IMG/VR virus record: IMGVR_UViG_2579778804_000007 | Location: 1 to 34,195 of that record | DNA: 34,195 nucleotides | Direction: 5' to 3' (one strand) | Source of the DNA: a virus | Taxonomy: Duplodnaviria > Heunggongvirae > Uroviricota > Caudoviricetes | In this document: in pieces, positions 18,311 to 27,224 of the stretch | Layout of the letters: each line of letters starts with the position of its first letter | How positions within the stretch are numbered: position 1 is the first letter of the stretch | The notes under the pieces: model-generated | What the model was told of the DNA's origin: nothing | Seen by the model: the letters and a program-made list of their open reading frames with translations, nothing else | Database searches by the model: none | Translations under genes and position numbers: made by a program

Positions 18311-19360
18311 TTAAACAAAGTCAAACGGTTTTTCGCTTTCTGCCGGCGCGCCTGCCGGGCGTGGCGTGATGCCGGTGGCTGACAGCTTCGTGGTCAGTTC
18401 ATCAAGTTTTTCGGCAATGGCTTTGATTTCTTCTTTGTCGGTATCGTCCCGGCGACGGGCGGCAAAGCGGCGGTAACGTTCGCCTTTTTCCGGTGTGATG
18501 GTGCTGAAGGCTTTGATGCTATCTTCCAGCTTCGCTTTTGCAGCGGTAAAGGCTTCGGCTTTAACCTCGTCTTCCGGGGCGGCTTTCACTTCTTCTGCCA
18601 GCTCTGCCACCTCTGCGGCGGCGTCGGCGATTTCGGCGGCGATTTCCGCGACTTCGGCTTTTGCTTCTTCCGGCGTGTCTGCTGTGCCCTCGCCAGCGGC
18701 AGCGGCGCTGCCGCCTTCCACCAGGGTGATCAGCTTTTCAAGCAGTGCTTTAATTTCGTCCATTTTTGCGTCCTCGCCTGTATCAGGCTTACTGGTGTCG
18801 GTGTTGTCGGTCTGTCCTGCGCTGAACAGGCGTTTCAGGAATGATTCAGGTTTACGGGGGGCCGGGGAGGCGTCCGGTGACAGGCTGCCCAGCGTGAACG
18901 CCTGGCAGTTCGCCCGCTGTGCCGTGTATTCCTCGTTGTTCAGGGTGAGGCGTATTTTTTCCGTCCCCAGACTGGCGGGGATATCCGTCACCGCCACGCC
19001 CATGAGATAGTCGCGTCCGCTTTTGGCAAAGTTCGGTATTAATTCGACTGATGTGAAGAGTTTTTGCCCCAGCCTGTTGGCTTCAATCAGGTACTGATTA
19101 GGGACCAGTCGCGCGTAAAGACGGGTTTTACCGTCCTCGCCGGTTTCCACTTTCAGCGCGTCCACTTCGCCCAGATTGAAGGTGTGCTGGCGGTAACTGG
19201 TGTCGCCCTCATGGCAGGGCCACAGCATCGCCGTGTAGGTGTTGCGGGAATAGGTTTCAGCGGCATCAATCAGCCACTGCGGATCAATTTCGCGACCGTC
19301 AGCGGTCGGCCCTGATGTGGCGATGCATGTCCAGTCGGTCATCAATGTTGGCTGCGGCAT
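18311..19360 (-). CDS. O: Capsid scaffolding protein (P2 gpO family)
   Basis: ELIPNFAKSGRDYLMGVAVTDIPASLGTE matches the conserved gpO core; Ala/Glu-rich C-terminal coiled coil. Start set at second ATG with AAGAGG 5 nt upstream (track ORF extends to 19552). Confidence 0.8.
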   Translation of the reverse strand: MPQPTLMTDWTCIATSGPTADGREIDPQWLIDAAETYSRNTYTAMLWPCHEGDTSYRQHTFNLGEVDALKVETGEDGKTRLYARLVPNQYLIEANRLGQKLFTSVELIPNFAKSGRDYLMGVAVTDIPASLGTEKIRLTLNNEEYTAQRANCQAFTLGSLSPDASPAPRKPESFLKRLFSAGQTDNTDTSKPDTGEDAKMDEIKALLEKLITLVEGGSAAAAGEGTADTPEEAKAEVAEIAAEIADAAAEVAELAEEVKAAPEDEVKAEAFTAAKAKLEDSIKAFSTITPEKGERYRRFAARRRDDTDKEEIKAIAEKLDELTTKLSATGITPRPAGAPAESEKPFDFV

Positions 19361-19526
19361 CATGGCCTCTTTTACGTGAAAATCTGAAGAACTCCGGTGA
19401 GTGTCGGGATTTTTACAGCGGGGGGCTACTGGCTGAATTCGGCTGTCTTCGGATAACACGGGATAGCCGAACACAGCCGAAATTTTCTGCCTGAATGCGG
19501 GCCGGATGCGCCGCCATAATGGGCGC
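19361..19526. promoter_or_regulatory. Divergent late promoter region between scaffold (minus) and terminase (plus) operons; contains dyad TTCGGCTGT...ACAGCCGAA and TGT-N10-ACA elements
   Basis: Intergenic space between divergent late operons, as at the P2 O/P promoters that Ogr activates; dyads seen directly. Confidence 0.4.
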
Positions 19527-21329
19527 ATGGCTAAATATTCTGACGAAATCAAAGAGGCGGCGCGATCGCTTTACCTGAAGCGGTGGCACCCCCGCGATAT
19601 TGCGGCGGAACTCGGTATTCCGCCGCGCACGGTTTACCACTGGTGTGATGTGGGGCAGTGGGCTACCCTGCTGCCCGCTGAATCCGTTGAGGACGTGATC
19701 GCCCGGCGTATTGATGTTCTGACCGGACGGGAGGGCAAGACAGAGTGTGAACTCGCCGAACTGCGTGAACTTATCGCGCAGCACGTGAAGATCATCGCCC
19801 AGAAAAACAAACATGCTGAAAGGATGGCGGAAATTGCCGCCACGCGTCCGGCAGTGTACGACGACGGTGTGGCGGCGACCAGCGGCGGGGGTGAAGGGAA
19901 AAAGCGGCGCTACCGGAAAAACGACGTTTCCGGGCTGACTGCTGAAATGCTGGATGAATGGGCGCGTAAAAATCTTTATGCCTATCAGCTGCACTGCCGC
20001 GAGAACCGGCACCGTGAGCGCCGTTTCATCCTCAAGAGCCGCCAGATAGGCATGACCTGGTATTTTGCATGGGAGGCGTTCGAAGATGCGGTGGTGACCG
20101 GTGATAACCAGATTTTCTTTTCTGCGTCACGGGTACAGGCGGAAATCTTTCGTGAATATATTATTGATTTCGCCCAGCAGTTCGGGATCACGCTCACGGG
20201 TAAGCATATCCGTCTGAGCAATGGTGCAATGCTGCGCTTCCTGTCCACCAATGCCAGTACCGCCCAGGGATTTAACGGCCACCTTTACGGCGATGAGGTG
20301 TTCTGGATCCCAAAATTCACGCGACTGCATGAAGTGGCCTCGGCAATGGCGACCCACGACAAATACCGCACGACGTACTTTTCCACACCCAGCGCCAAAA
20401 CCCACCAGGCTTATCTGGTCTGGAACGGTGACGACTGGCGCGGGGATGACCCGACGCGTCGTGCTGTTGAGTTTCCGAAAGAAAGCGCGATGCGTGTGGG
20501 CTGTGAATGCCCTGACGGGATCTGGCGCTACATTATCCGGCTGGAAGAGGCGGTGGCGGGTGGCCTGTCTGCACGGGTTGATATTGAACGTATCAGGAAC
20601 CTCTACAACCCGACCACCTATGCGATGCTGTACGGCTGCGAGTTTGTTGACAGCAAGGATGCGGTATTTAAGTTCTCCGAACTGGTCAGGTGCGAGGTGG
20701 AGATGGAGACGTGGGGTGACTACGATCCCACGGCGGCACGTCCGTTCGGCAATCGTGAGGTGTGGGCGGGCTTTGACCCGTCAAGGTCCGGGGATAATTC
20801 CACGTTTGTGATTGTGGCTCCGCCTGTCCATGAAGGCGAGCGGTTCCGTGTGCTCGCCGTCTGGCAGTGGCAGGGATTTAACTTCACCTGGCAGGCCGAT
20901 CAGATCCGCGAACTGATGCAGCGCTTTAACATTACCTATATCGGCATAGATATCACCGGTATCGGGAAAGGGGTGTTTGATATCGTCAGTCGCTTTGCGC
21001 CACGTGAGGCTAACGCCATTCTTTACAGCGTGGAGAGCAAAAACCGCCTGGTGATGAAAATGATAGACGTGGTGGCCCATAAGCGTATCGAGTGGGCGAA
21101 AGACGCCATTGATGAGGCCAGCCGTGAACGCACGGAGATCCCCGCGTCGTTCATGTCCATACGCCGCACCACCACAAAAAGCGGTAACGCGCTGACGTTC
21201 GTGGCGGAACGGTCGGATGTTACGGGGCATGCGGATGTGTTTTTTGCCATTTCGCACGCCGTGATTAATGAGCCTGTAGATTATGACTATGAACGCCCGT
21301 CCACATGGGCCTTCGGGAAAGCCGCATGA
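19506..21329 (+). CDS. P: Terminase large (ATPase) subunit (P2 gpP-like)
   Basis: 607 aa; terminase-like ATPase region; divergent from O and followed by portal with ATGA overlap. Alternative start at 19527. Confidence 0.85.
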   Translation: MRRHNGRMAKYSDEIKEAARSLYLKRWHPRDIAAELGIPPRTVYHWCDVGQWATLLPAESVEDVIARRIDVLTGREGKTECELAELRELIAQHVKIIAQKNKHAERMAEIAATRPAVYDDGVAATSGGGEGKKRRYRKNDVSGLTAEMLDEWARKNLYAYQLHCRENRHRERRFILKSRQIGMTWYFAWEAFEDAVVTGDNQIFFSASRVQAEIFREYIIDFAQQFGITLTGKHIRLSNGAMLRFLSTNASTAQGFNGHLYGDEVFWIPKFTRLHEVASAMATHDKYRTTYFSTPSAKTHQAYLVWNGDDWRGDDPTRRAVEFPKESAMRVGCECPDGIWRYIIRLEEAVAGGLSARVDIERIRNLYNPTTYAMLYGCEFVDSKDAVFKFSELVRCEVEMETWGDYDPTAARPFGNREVWAGFDPSRSGDNSTFVIVAPPVHEGERFRVLAVWQWQGFNFTWQADQIRELMQRFNITYIGIDITGIGKGVFDIVSRFAPREANAILYSVESKNRLVMKMIDVVAHKRIEWAKDAIDEASRERTEIPASFMSIRRTTTKSGNALTFVAERSDVTGHADVFFAISHAVINEPVDYDYERPSTWAFGKAA

Positions 21330-22378
21330 GCAAGAAACGCAGAAACAAAACGTCACGCGTGACGAAAAAAGCATTCACGCCCGCACGTGGCAGCACAATC
21401 ACCTTTGGCCAGCCGGAACCGGTGCTGACCACCGGCACGGACTACCATAACATCTGGTATGACAACGAACACAACCACTGGCAGCTGCCGATTAACCGCC
21501 TGGCACTGGCGCAGCTCCCGAACCTTAACGCCCAGCATGGTGGGGTGCTGTATGCCCGCCGTAACATGGTGGCGGGGGGCTATACCGGTGGTGGTCTCAC
21601 AACGGACCAGATGGAACAGGCGGTATTTGACTACCTGTTGTTCGGCGATCTCGCCCTGCTCAAGGTGCGTAACGTATTCGGCGACGTCGTGGCACTTGAG
21701 CCGCTTCCGTCGCTGTATCTCCGGCGCCGCAAAACCGGTGAGTTCGTGGTGCTTCAGGAAGGCCCCGCGCTGGTCTATACGCCGGAAGATATTATCTTTC
21801 TGCGGATGTATGATCCGCGTCAGCAAATTTACGGGCTGCCGGATTATATCGGTGGCATTCACTCGGCGCTGCTGAACAGCGAGGCCAGCCTTTTTCGTCG
21901 CCGTTACTACAACAACGGGGCACATATGGGTTTTTTGCTGTATACGAACGACCCGGGGATCACCACGGAGATGGAGGATGAGATCCGCGAGAAGGTGGCG
22001 GAGTCTAAGGGGCTGGGAAATTTCCGCAATCTGTACATCAACATCCCCAAAGGTTCGCCGGATGGGGTGAAAATTATTCCGATTGGTGAGGTGAGCGCCA
22101 AGGATGAATTTTCAAACATCAAGGGGATCAGCGCCCAGGATGTGTTTACGGCACACCGTTTTCCTGCCGGTCTTGCGGGGATCATCCCCACGAACGGGGC
22201 CACCATCCCTAACCCGGAGACGACGCGTGAAACGTACCGCAAGGATGAGGTGATACCGCTTCAGCGTAAAATCATGAACGCCGTGAACAGCGATCCCGAT
22301 ATACCGGAACACCTTTATCTTTGTTTTGATGTGGATGCCGGGCATGTGGCGGAAGAAAAAGCGGTGCCGGTCGGGTAA
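21326..22378 (+). CDS. Q: Portal protein (P2 gpQ-like)
   Basis: 350 aa; start overlaps the terminase stop (ATGA); P2-like position downstream of P. Confidence 0.8.
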   Translation: MSKKRRNKTSRVTKKAFTPARGSTITFGQPEPVLTTGTDYHNIWYDNEHNHWQLPINRLALAQLPNLNAQHGGVLYARRNMVAGGYTGGGLTTDQMEQAVFDYLLFGDLALLKVRNVFGDVVALEPLPSLYLRRRKTGEFVVLQEGPALVYTPEDIIFLRMYDPRQQIYGLPDYIGGIHSALLNSEASLFRRRYYNNGAHMGFLLYTNDPGITTEMEDEIREKVAESKGLGNFRNLYINIPKGSPDGVKIIPIGEVSAKDEFSNIKGISAQDVFTAHRFPAGLAGIIPTNGATIPNPETTRETYRKDEVIPLQRKIMNAVNSDPDIPEHLYLCFDVDAGHVAEEKAVPVG

Positions 22379-22415
22379 AATGTCCTCCCCGGGATACGTG
22401 TTATCGGGAGGTAAG

Positions 22416-22679
22416 ATGCGGATTTTTAAAGCCCGGTGTCCGGACTGTGGCGCACCTGCTGTCATCCGGAAGACAGACTGGAAAACCCTTGAACTTGCGG
22501 ATCTTTACTGTGCATGCAGTGATGTCGAATGCGGGCACACCTTCGTCTGTACGATGACCTTTTCCCATACCCTCAGCCCCGGTGCCCGCTCCGGTCGCAA
22601 TATGGTGAAGTTCCTGGTGGATGCCATGCGCCCGGAAGATCGCCGGTATGCGCTTGAACTTCTGTCGCGGCGTTCCTGA
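22416..22679 (+). CDS. ogr: Ogr/Delta-family zinc-finger late-gene transcriptional activator
   Basis: CPDC-x18-YCACSDVEC cysteine pattern and downstream GHTFVCTMTF...SPG match the Ogr C-x2-C...C-x4-C finger; GGGAGG ribosome-binding site before ATG at 22416. Confidence 0.7.
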   Translation: MRIFKARCPDCGAPAVIRKTDWKTLELADLYCACSDVECGHTFVCTMTFSHTLSPGARSGRNMVKFLVDAMRPEDRRYALELLSRRS

Positions 22680-22706
22680 CGCGCTTCGCTTGTCTGCTGC
22701 TTCGCC

Positions 22707-22729
22707 GGGGCAAAAAGAATTTTTGCCCC
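22707..22729. terminator. Perfect palindromic hairpin GGGGCAAAAA-gaa-TTTTTGCCCC; bidirectional terminator between ogr and the minus-strand genes after gpA (alternatively part of cos)
   Basis: 10-bp perfect inverted repeat with 3-nt loop seen directly. Confidence 0.45.
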
Positions 22730-22773
22730 GACTCACCAGCTCCAGTGGTTCTTCATATCATTCGTTTTTTCTT

Positions 22774-22938
22774 TCAGCATACCATCCAGATAACCGCAAC
22801 GGTTGCCGCGTAAATTCTGGCGATAAAGCCCGGTGTGAAGTGTCGAAACGGGTTTTCCCACGTCAGGAATGCCATTAAAGCAATCCATGCAATGGTAAAA
22901 ATCAGCGCGCCCTTAACGGCGATAAACAGTTCGTTCAT
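22774..22938 (-). CDS. Small membrane protein, 54 aa, two predicted TM helices
   Basis: ORF MNELFIAVKGALIFTIAWIALMAFLTWENPFRHFTPGFIARIYAATVAVIWMVC with AAAGGAG 8 nt upstream; not in ORF track (under 60 aa); overlapping + strand track ORFs look spurious. Confidence 0.45.
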   Translation of the reverse strand: MNELFIAVKGALIFTIAWIALMAFLTWENPFRHFTPGFIARIYAATVAVIWMVC

Positions 22939-23011
22939 TGTGGTGTTCTCCTTTATGTGTCGGGCGAATAAACCGCGTTGCGGTGAAAAAATCAGGCGCG
23001 CCAGCGCAGCC

Positions 23012-23167
23012 TTACTGCTGACGGCGTTCCCGGAGTTCGGTCAGTGCCGCAAGTAAATTCTCCCACCACGTTTCTTCCACGACCGGGTTTTGTCGTGAAA
23101 GCAGCTGCTGTGCCGACTCAATCATTTTCTTCAGGTCTTTGTCGCTGATCCTCCTGATGTCGTTCAT
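23012..23167 (-). CDS. Small hypothetical protein, 51 aa
   Basis: Start chosen at MNDIRR with AAGGAG ribosome-binding site (track ORF 23012..23206). Confidence 0.4.
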   Translation of the reverse strand: MNDIRRISDKDLKKMIESAQQLLSRQNPVVEETWWENLLAALTELRERRQQ

Positions 23168-23214
23168 GGTGTGCTCCTTCAGTTTGCTGTTTCTGGTTAT
23201 GTTCATGGTCTTTG

Positions 23215-23619
23215 TTACCTGCGTGATTGCCTGTTGGCGGCCGAATGCACATAGCGGGCAATTGCCGCTTTTCGGTTAATCGATGCCAGTGTTCTGGTGA
23301 GTTCTGCGTTGTGTTTGTGTGCCTGCTCTTCGTGGTACTGCCGCATGATTTTTCCGGCAGGCGTGAGCGGCTCCGGCTCCCCGGGCGGACGGCGCGGACG
23401 AACGGCGACAAGCCAACTGCGGTTAGTGCTGTCCGGTCGTCCGTTGAGTATGTCGGTGATGATGGCCGTGGTGGTGCGATCGGGACTGACGACCGTGATT
23501 TCCAGCTCATCGCCAGGTTGTGGCCCCGTGGCAATGTTGTTCAGGGTCAGTAAGGGCGTGCGCTGGCGCATCAGTTCGTCAAAACGCTGTCGCTGCATGG
23601 CGCAATAAAAGCGGGTCAT
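23215..23619 (-). CDS. Hypothetical protein, 134 aa, immediately after gpA
   Basis: Start overlaps the gpA stop (coupled translation); no family recognised. Confidence 0.45.
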   Translation of the reverse strand: MTRFYCAMQRQRFDELMRQRTPLLTLNNIATGPQPGDELEITVVSPDRTTTAIITDILNGRPDSTNRSWLVAVRPRRPPGEPEPLTPAGKIMRQYHEEQAHKHNAELTRTLASINRKAAIARYVHSAANRQSRR

Positions 23620-26135
23620 TGTGGCGCCTCCGTATTCGGTGCGGGGGTGATATCAATGCGGCGGGTGCTGTCATTCCAGTACGCGGTGCGTCCGTCAGCC
23701 AGGCGCACGCGGGCACCGTGACGGACGGAAACGACGGCGCTTTCATGCAGCTGCACGCCCAGCGCATCAAGCTCACGGGTGATTTGTGCGGTGATGTGTG
23801 GCTCAGCGGTCAGAGCGATACTCACGCGAACGCCGCCAGCGGGCGCACTGATGCCGCCGTTTTTCACGGTTTCCGTGTCAGGTGGTGGGTTTTTCAGCTG
23901 CCTGGTGAGTTGTTTTCGCTCTGTGGGGGTCAGTGACCTTAACCATTCACCCAAATCACCTTCCGGCAGGGTAAGTCGCTGCTCCCTGCGTCCGTCCGGC
24001 TGCCTTTCTGGCGGGTCGTTTATGGTCAGATTCTGGTCAGGGGGACAGTTATTGCCACGAGTCCAAGGTGCGGCAAAGCCGCACTCAACGTCAAAACCCT
24101 CGTCCGTGCGGTCTTCGTTTTCCGGCTTACGTCTGACCAGTTTCCAGGTGTCCGGGTGGGTGCATATGGTGTAGCGCTCCCCGAGTGACGGGGCGCGGAC
24201 GCCGTAAATGCGTTGCGGGAATTCGCCGTAGTCGTTGGCCTCTTCGGCAGTTTCGTATGCGGTGCGGACCAGGTACGTGTTGCGGGGAATGAGCACACCA
24301 CCCTGGCGGGTGATATAGGTGGCAAAACATCCCACGTCGGCGGCGGCCAGTATGGCGTCAATGTCGTCATGGTCCAGACGCTGCGGGGCTGCCGGGTTAC
24401 GGGCCATCTGCCCGGCAAGGCGGCGGAGTTCGCGCCATACCTGGCGGGGCGGGATGCCGAAGAACTGGAACTGGTGGATGCGGTGAAGGCCTGCCCAGCC
24501 GATTGCGTTCTCCACGGTTTCGGCCATGGTTTTGCCTGATTCCTTATCGACGTAAGGTTTGCCGGTTTTCGGGTCATTCCCCATGAAGGCGCTGGCGTCC
24601 AGGTTCTTACCGATATAGGTCGCGATATAGCTTGTCGGTGTGCCTTTTGCCGGGTCGATTTTTTCGCATTTAAAACGCGGGGAGATATCATCACCCAGCT
24701 CTGCGCGGTCCTCCCTGATGGCGGCGTTGCGCATGATTTCAGTGATACGGGCTTCGTTTTCCGGGCTGGTGAATACCAGCATGTGCCAGTGCGGTGTACC
24801 GTCGTGGTGGGGCTCTACTGTGCGCACGCCGTACCAGCCCAGCCCGGCCTTGTTGATGGCCTTGCGGACGGCGGCGAAAAAGCGGTAAACCAGATAATCA
24901 CTGGCATCACGTACCGTTGCCCCGCAGTATTTCGGGTTCAGACTGCCGTCATCGTTCACGCTGTGAAAACGGGAAGGGGCTGTGACGGTGACGAAAAACG
25001 CCACGTCGCCGCGTGCTTCGGCGACCTGCTCCATTCCCCGGACGCAGGCCATCATCTCGTTACGGCGGTTACGCGGATTAGAGAGACCTGCCCAGTAGAT
25101 ATCCTCAAGGCTGAACCGTTCTCCCTCTTCGTTCTCGATGTCCCAGGCCTTCAGAAAATCGCGGGTGCGCTGGCGTTTTTCGCGCCAGTCCAGTAACGCT
25201 TCATGGCTGATATATACCGACGTCTTACGTGACACCAGGCCTGCGGCGCGTAACAGCTCTTCACGCCAGATGTCCCGGAGGTGTCTTAACTGACTGTTCC
25301 ACCATGTCGCACAGGAAAGGCGCATGACCGCACCCGGCACCTGTTCCGGGTCGGGGGCGGTGCGGCGGTCGGGCCTGATTTCCAGCGACGGCCAGCAGGG
25401 TGGCGTGATACCCAGTTTTAACGCCATGTGTGCCAGTGGCTGGTAGGTCAGTAACCAGGTGAACAGGTCATCGTCACCCCTGCCGGTCTTTTCGATGACC
25501 TCATCACATGCGCGCTCCAGTGCGGTGGAAAACGCGGTGGCGGTCAGGGTGGCAAGGCGCTGGATTTCGTCACGGCTCAGCTGCGGCAGCATAAGCAGTT
25601 CATCCAGCCGTTCGCGCGCGGCGGTGGCCTTAAAGGCCGGGGTGGCAAAGCGATCATTTACACGGGCGATACGTTTCAGGCGGGCACGCAGCCCGTGACG
25701 AACGAAGTTATCCGCCGCGTATGCGCTGTTGTTCTTAAGCCCTTCCCGGCGTGCGCTCTCCTGTTTGCGGCTCAGGCGTGCCAGGTCACGGATGAGCGGA
25801 CCGGCAAGAAACGGCGGCAGGGCGCGCAGCTCTGCCATGGCTTCAGATACCAGTGTGGGCGGATTCTCGTGTTTGTGCCGCGCCAGTTTTTCCAGTCTGA
25901 TCCGACGCTCTTCGTCGTGGTGAAGATGCGAATTAATTCGCTTGCCTTCGTCTGTGTTTGTCTGGAAGTCGACGGTCTCTTCATCCAGTCTTGCATCAAT
26001 GCGAATGTCTTCGTTGATGTAGCTCTGAATGGCCTGGCGCAATGCAGTTGGTTGCGCTCTGCCGAATGTTTCAGGATCGATAACCGGTAGCGGGGCGTTC
26101 CACGGGTACGCCAGTTGTGCATTATGGTCGCTCAT
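23616..26135 (-). CDS. A: Replication initiation endonuclease (P2 gpA family, rolling-circle HUH nuclease)
   Basis: About 840 aa; HUH motif in HHDGTPHWHMLVF; ATG at 26135 with GGGGAG ribosome-binding site (track starts at GTG 26144). Confidence 0.85.
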   Translation of the reverse strand: MSDHNAQLAYPWNAPLPVIDPETFGRAQPTALRQAIQSYINEDIRIDARLDEETVDFQTNTDEGKRINSHLHHDEERRIRLEKLARHKHENPPTLVSEAMAELRALPPFLAGPLIRDLARLSRKQESARREGLKNNSAYAADNFVRHGLRARLKRIARVNDRFATPAFKATAARERLDELLMLPQLSRDEIQRLATLTATAFSTALERACDEVIEKTGRGDDDLFTWLLTYQPLAHMALKLGITPPCWPSLEIRPDRRTAPDPEQVPGAVMRLSCATWWNSQLRHLRDIWREELLRAAGLVSRKTSVYISHEALLDWREKRQRTRDFLKAWDIENEEGERFSLEDIYWAGLSNPRNRRNEMMACVRGMEQVAEARGDVAFFVTVTAPSRFHSVNDDGSLNPKYCGATVRDASDYLVYRFFAAVRKAINKAGLGWYGVRTVEPHHDGTPHWHMLVFTSPENEARITEIMRNAAIREDRAELGDDISPRFKCEKIDPAKGTPTSYIATYIGKNLDASAFMGNDPKTGKPYVDKESGKTMAETVENAIGWAGLHRIHQFQFFGIPPRQVWRELRRLAGQMARNPAAPQRLDHDDIDAILAAADVGCFATYITRQGGVLIPRNTYLVRTAYETAEEANDYGEFPQRIYGVRAPSLGERYTICTHPDTWKLVRRKPENEDRTDEGFDVECGFAAPWTRGNNCPPDQNLTINDPPERQPDGRREQRLTLPEGDLGEWLRSLTPTERKQLTRQLKNPPPDTETVKNGGISAPAGGVRVSIALTAEPHITAQITRELDALGVQLHESAVVSVRHGARVRLADGRTAYWNDSTRRIDITPAPNTEAPQ

Positions 26136-26542
26136 GCGTCGCACTCCCCGGCAGTTGCCGCCTGAAACGCCGCGCGGTACAGCACGAGAAGGCGCTGGTA
26201 TTCACCGATAAAGTCTTCTGCGGTGTATATACCTTTCACGGCCACGCTGTGGTTTGTCATTTCCAGCACAAGCGTCATCTCTGACGACGACCAGCTGATG
26301 GCGGTGCTGTCGGTTCCGTTGATGTGAAATAAACCAAAACCATCACCTTTCACGTCCACGCGGTAACGGTCGTCAACGGTGAAGGAGAAATCCCCGTATG
26401 TGGTGACGCGTCTGGCGGCCTGTTTACAGGCGCGGCGGTAATAGTCGTGCCAGTCGTTGAGGCGGGAAGCCAGCCGGGGCTCCACTGCCCACATCCAGTT
26501 AAAAAAATCCTGAATATCTGAAAGTCCCTTAACGTTCTTCAT
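26132..26542 (-). CDS. Hypothetical early protein, 136 aa
   Basis: Overlaps gpA start by a few nt (operon coupling); no family recognised. Confidence 0.5.
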   Translation of the reverse strand: MKNVKGLSDIQDFFNWMWAVEPRLASRLNDWHDYYRRACKQAARRVTTYGDFSFTVDDRYRVDVKGDGFGLFHINGTDSTAISWSSSEMTLVLEMTNHSVAVKGIYTAEDFIGEYQRLLVLYRAAFQAATAGECDA

Positions 26543-26610
26543 GAGAACCTCCGGTAACAGACGTGCGGAAGCCTCCCGCGCACGGGTGCGGGATGGCTTC
26601 AGGATGTTGT

Positions 26611-26838
26611 TTAGTGGTGGTGTTGCTGGTTGATGAGGCTTTGCAGTTCTGCCATATCTTCGGCGAGATAGCTGAAGACAGCAGCGCAGTAACGGTTTGA
26701 TAGCGCGTGCGTGCGCTCATGCAGCATGTTGATATGCATGATTTGCGCGACGCGTGATGCGCGCCAGAGTCTGCGGTTGATTTCGGTGCGGATGTGAAGA
26801 CGCTCAGCGCGGGCGCGCTGTTGCTTGCGGTTTGCCAT
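26611..26838 (-). CDS. Small basic hypothetical protein, 75 aa
   Basis: Helical-looking basic protein; GAGG upstream of ATG. Confidence 0.45.
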   Translation of the reverse strand: MANRKQQRARAERLHIRTEINRRLWRASRVAQIMHINMLHERTHALSNRYCAAVFSYLAEDMAELQSLINQQHHH

Positions 26839-26877
26839 GACGTGGCCTCGTGTATAGTAAGTTTTGAAAACTCACCA

Positions 26878-27073
26878 TCCAGAGTTGAGAATCTCGGGGT
26901 GGCGAGACGTACGGGGTTCTCAACACCGGCTACACACGATCCCGGCCCGACCGAAGTCGGCCCCGTACGCCCCGCCATAATTCTGACGCGAAAAAGACGT
27001 GGCAATACAGTACGCACAAAAAAACCGCTGGCGCGGTTGTGCGCGTGTGTAGTCAGCGGGTTGAGAATCCCGG
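26878..27073. promoter_or_regulatory. Intergenic regulatory region: GTTGAGAATC direct repeats (about 26881 and 27060) with an inverted copy (about 26915), inverted repeat CGTACGGGG / CCCCGTACG, and a minus-strand terminator hairpin AACCGC-tgg-cGCGGTT followed by a T-run (about 27015-27045)
   Basis: Repeats and hairpin seen directly in a roughly 380-bp non-coding gap. Confidence 0.4.
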
Positions 27074-27132
27074 CACCCGTTTTATGAGGTGCAGCGGAAA
27101 TGTAACCTGACTCAACGAGCGCTGGCAAGCGG

Positions 27133-27163
27133 TTTTTGTGTTGCGTGCTGAAGTATGTATAAT
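27133..27163 (+). promoter_or_regulatory. Sigma70-like promoter (TTGTGT-N16-TATAAT) for the + strand membrane-protein gene
   Basis: Consensus -10 TATAAT at 27158-27163 with a -35-like hexamer at the right spacing, about 60 bp before the start codon. Confidence 0.45.
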
Positions 27164-27224
27164 CGCGGCGCAAAAATGGAATGCGCCGAAGGATAGCGGC
27201 GTTTATTAACAATGGAGGTTGTTT

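Noticed and set aside
19413-20012. 199-aa minus-strand ORF overlapping the terminase large subunit gene
   Set aside because: Antisense to a high-confidence gene; no supporting signals.
22401-22736. 111-aa minus-strand ORF overlapping ogr
   Set aside because: Antisense to the Ogr zinc-finger gene, which has a clear motif and ribosome-binding site; runs through the palindromic hairpin.
22680-22780. Confident assignment of the cos site
   Set aside because: The palindrome at 22707-22729 only loosely resembles the P2/186 cohesive-end sequence as I recall it; without alignment or end mapping it is a candidate, not a call.
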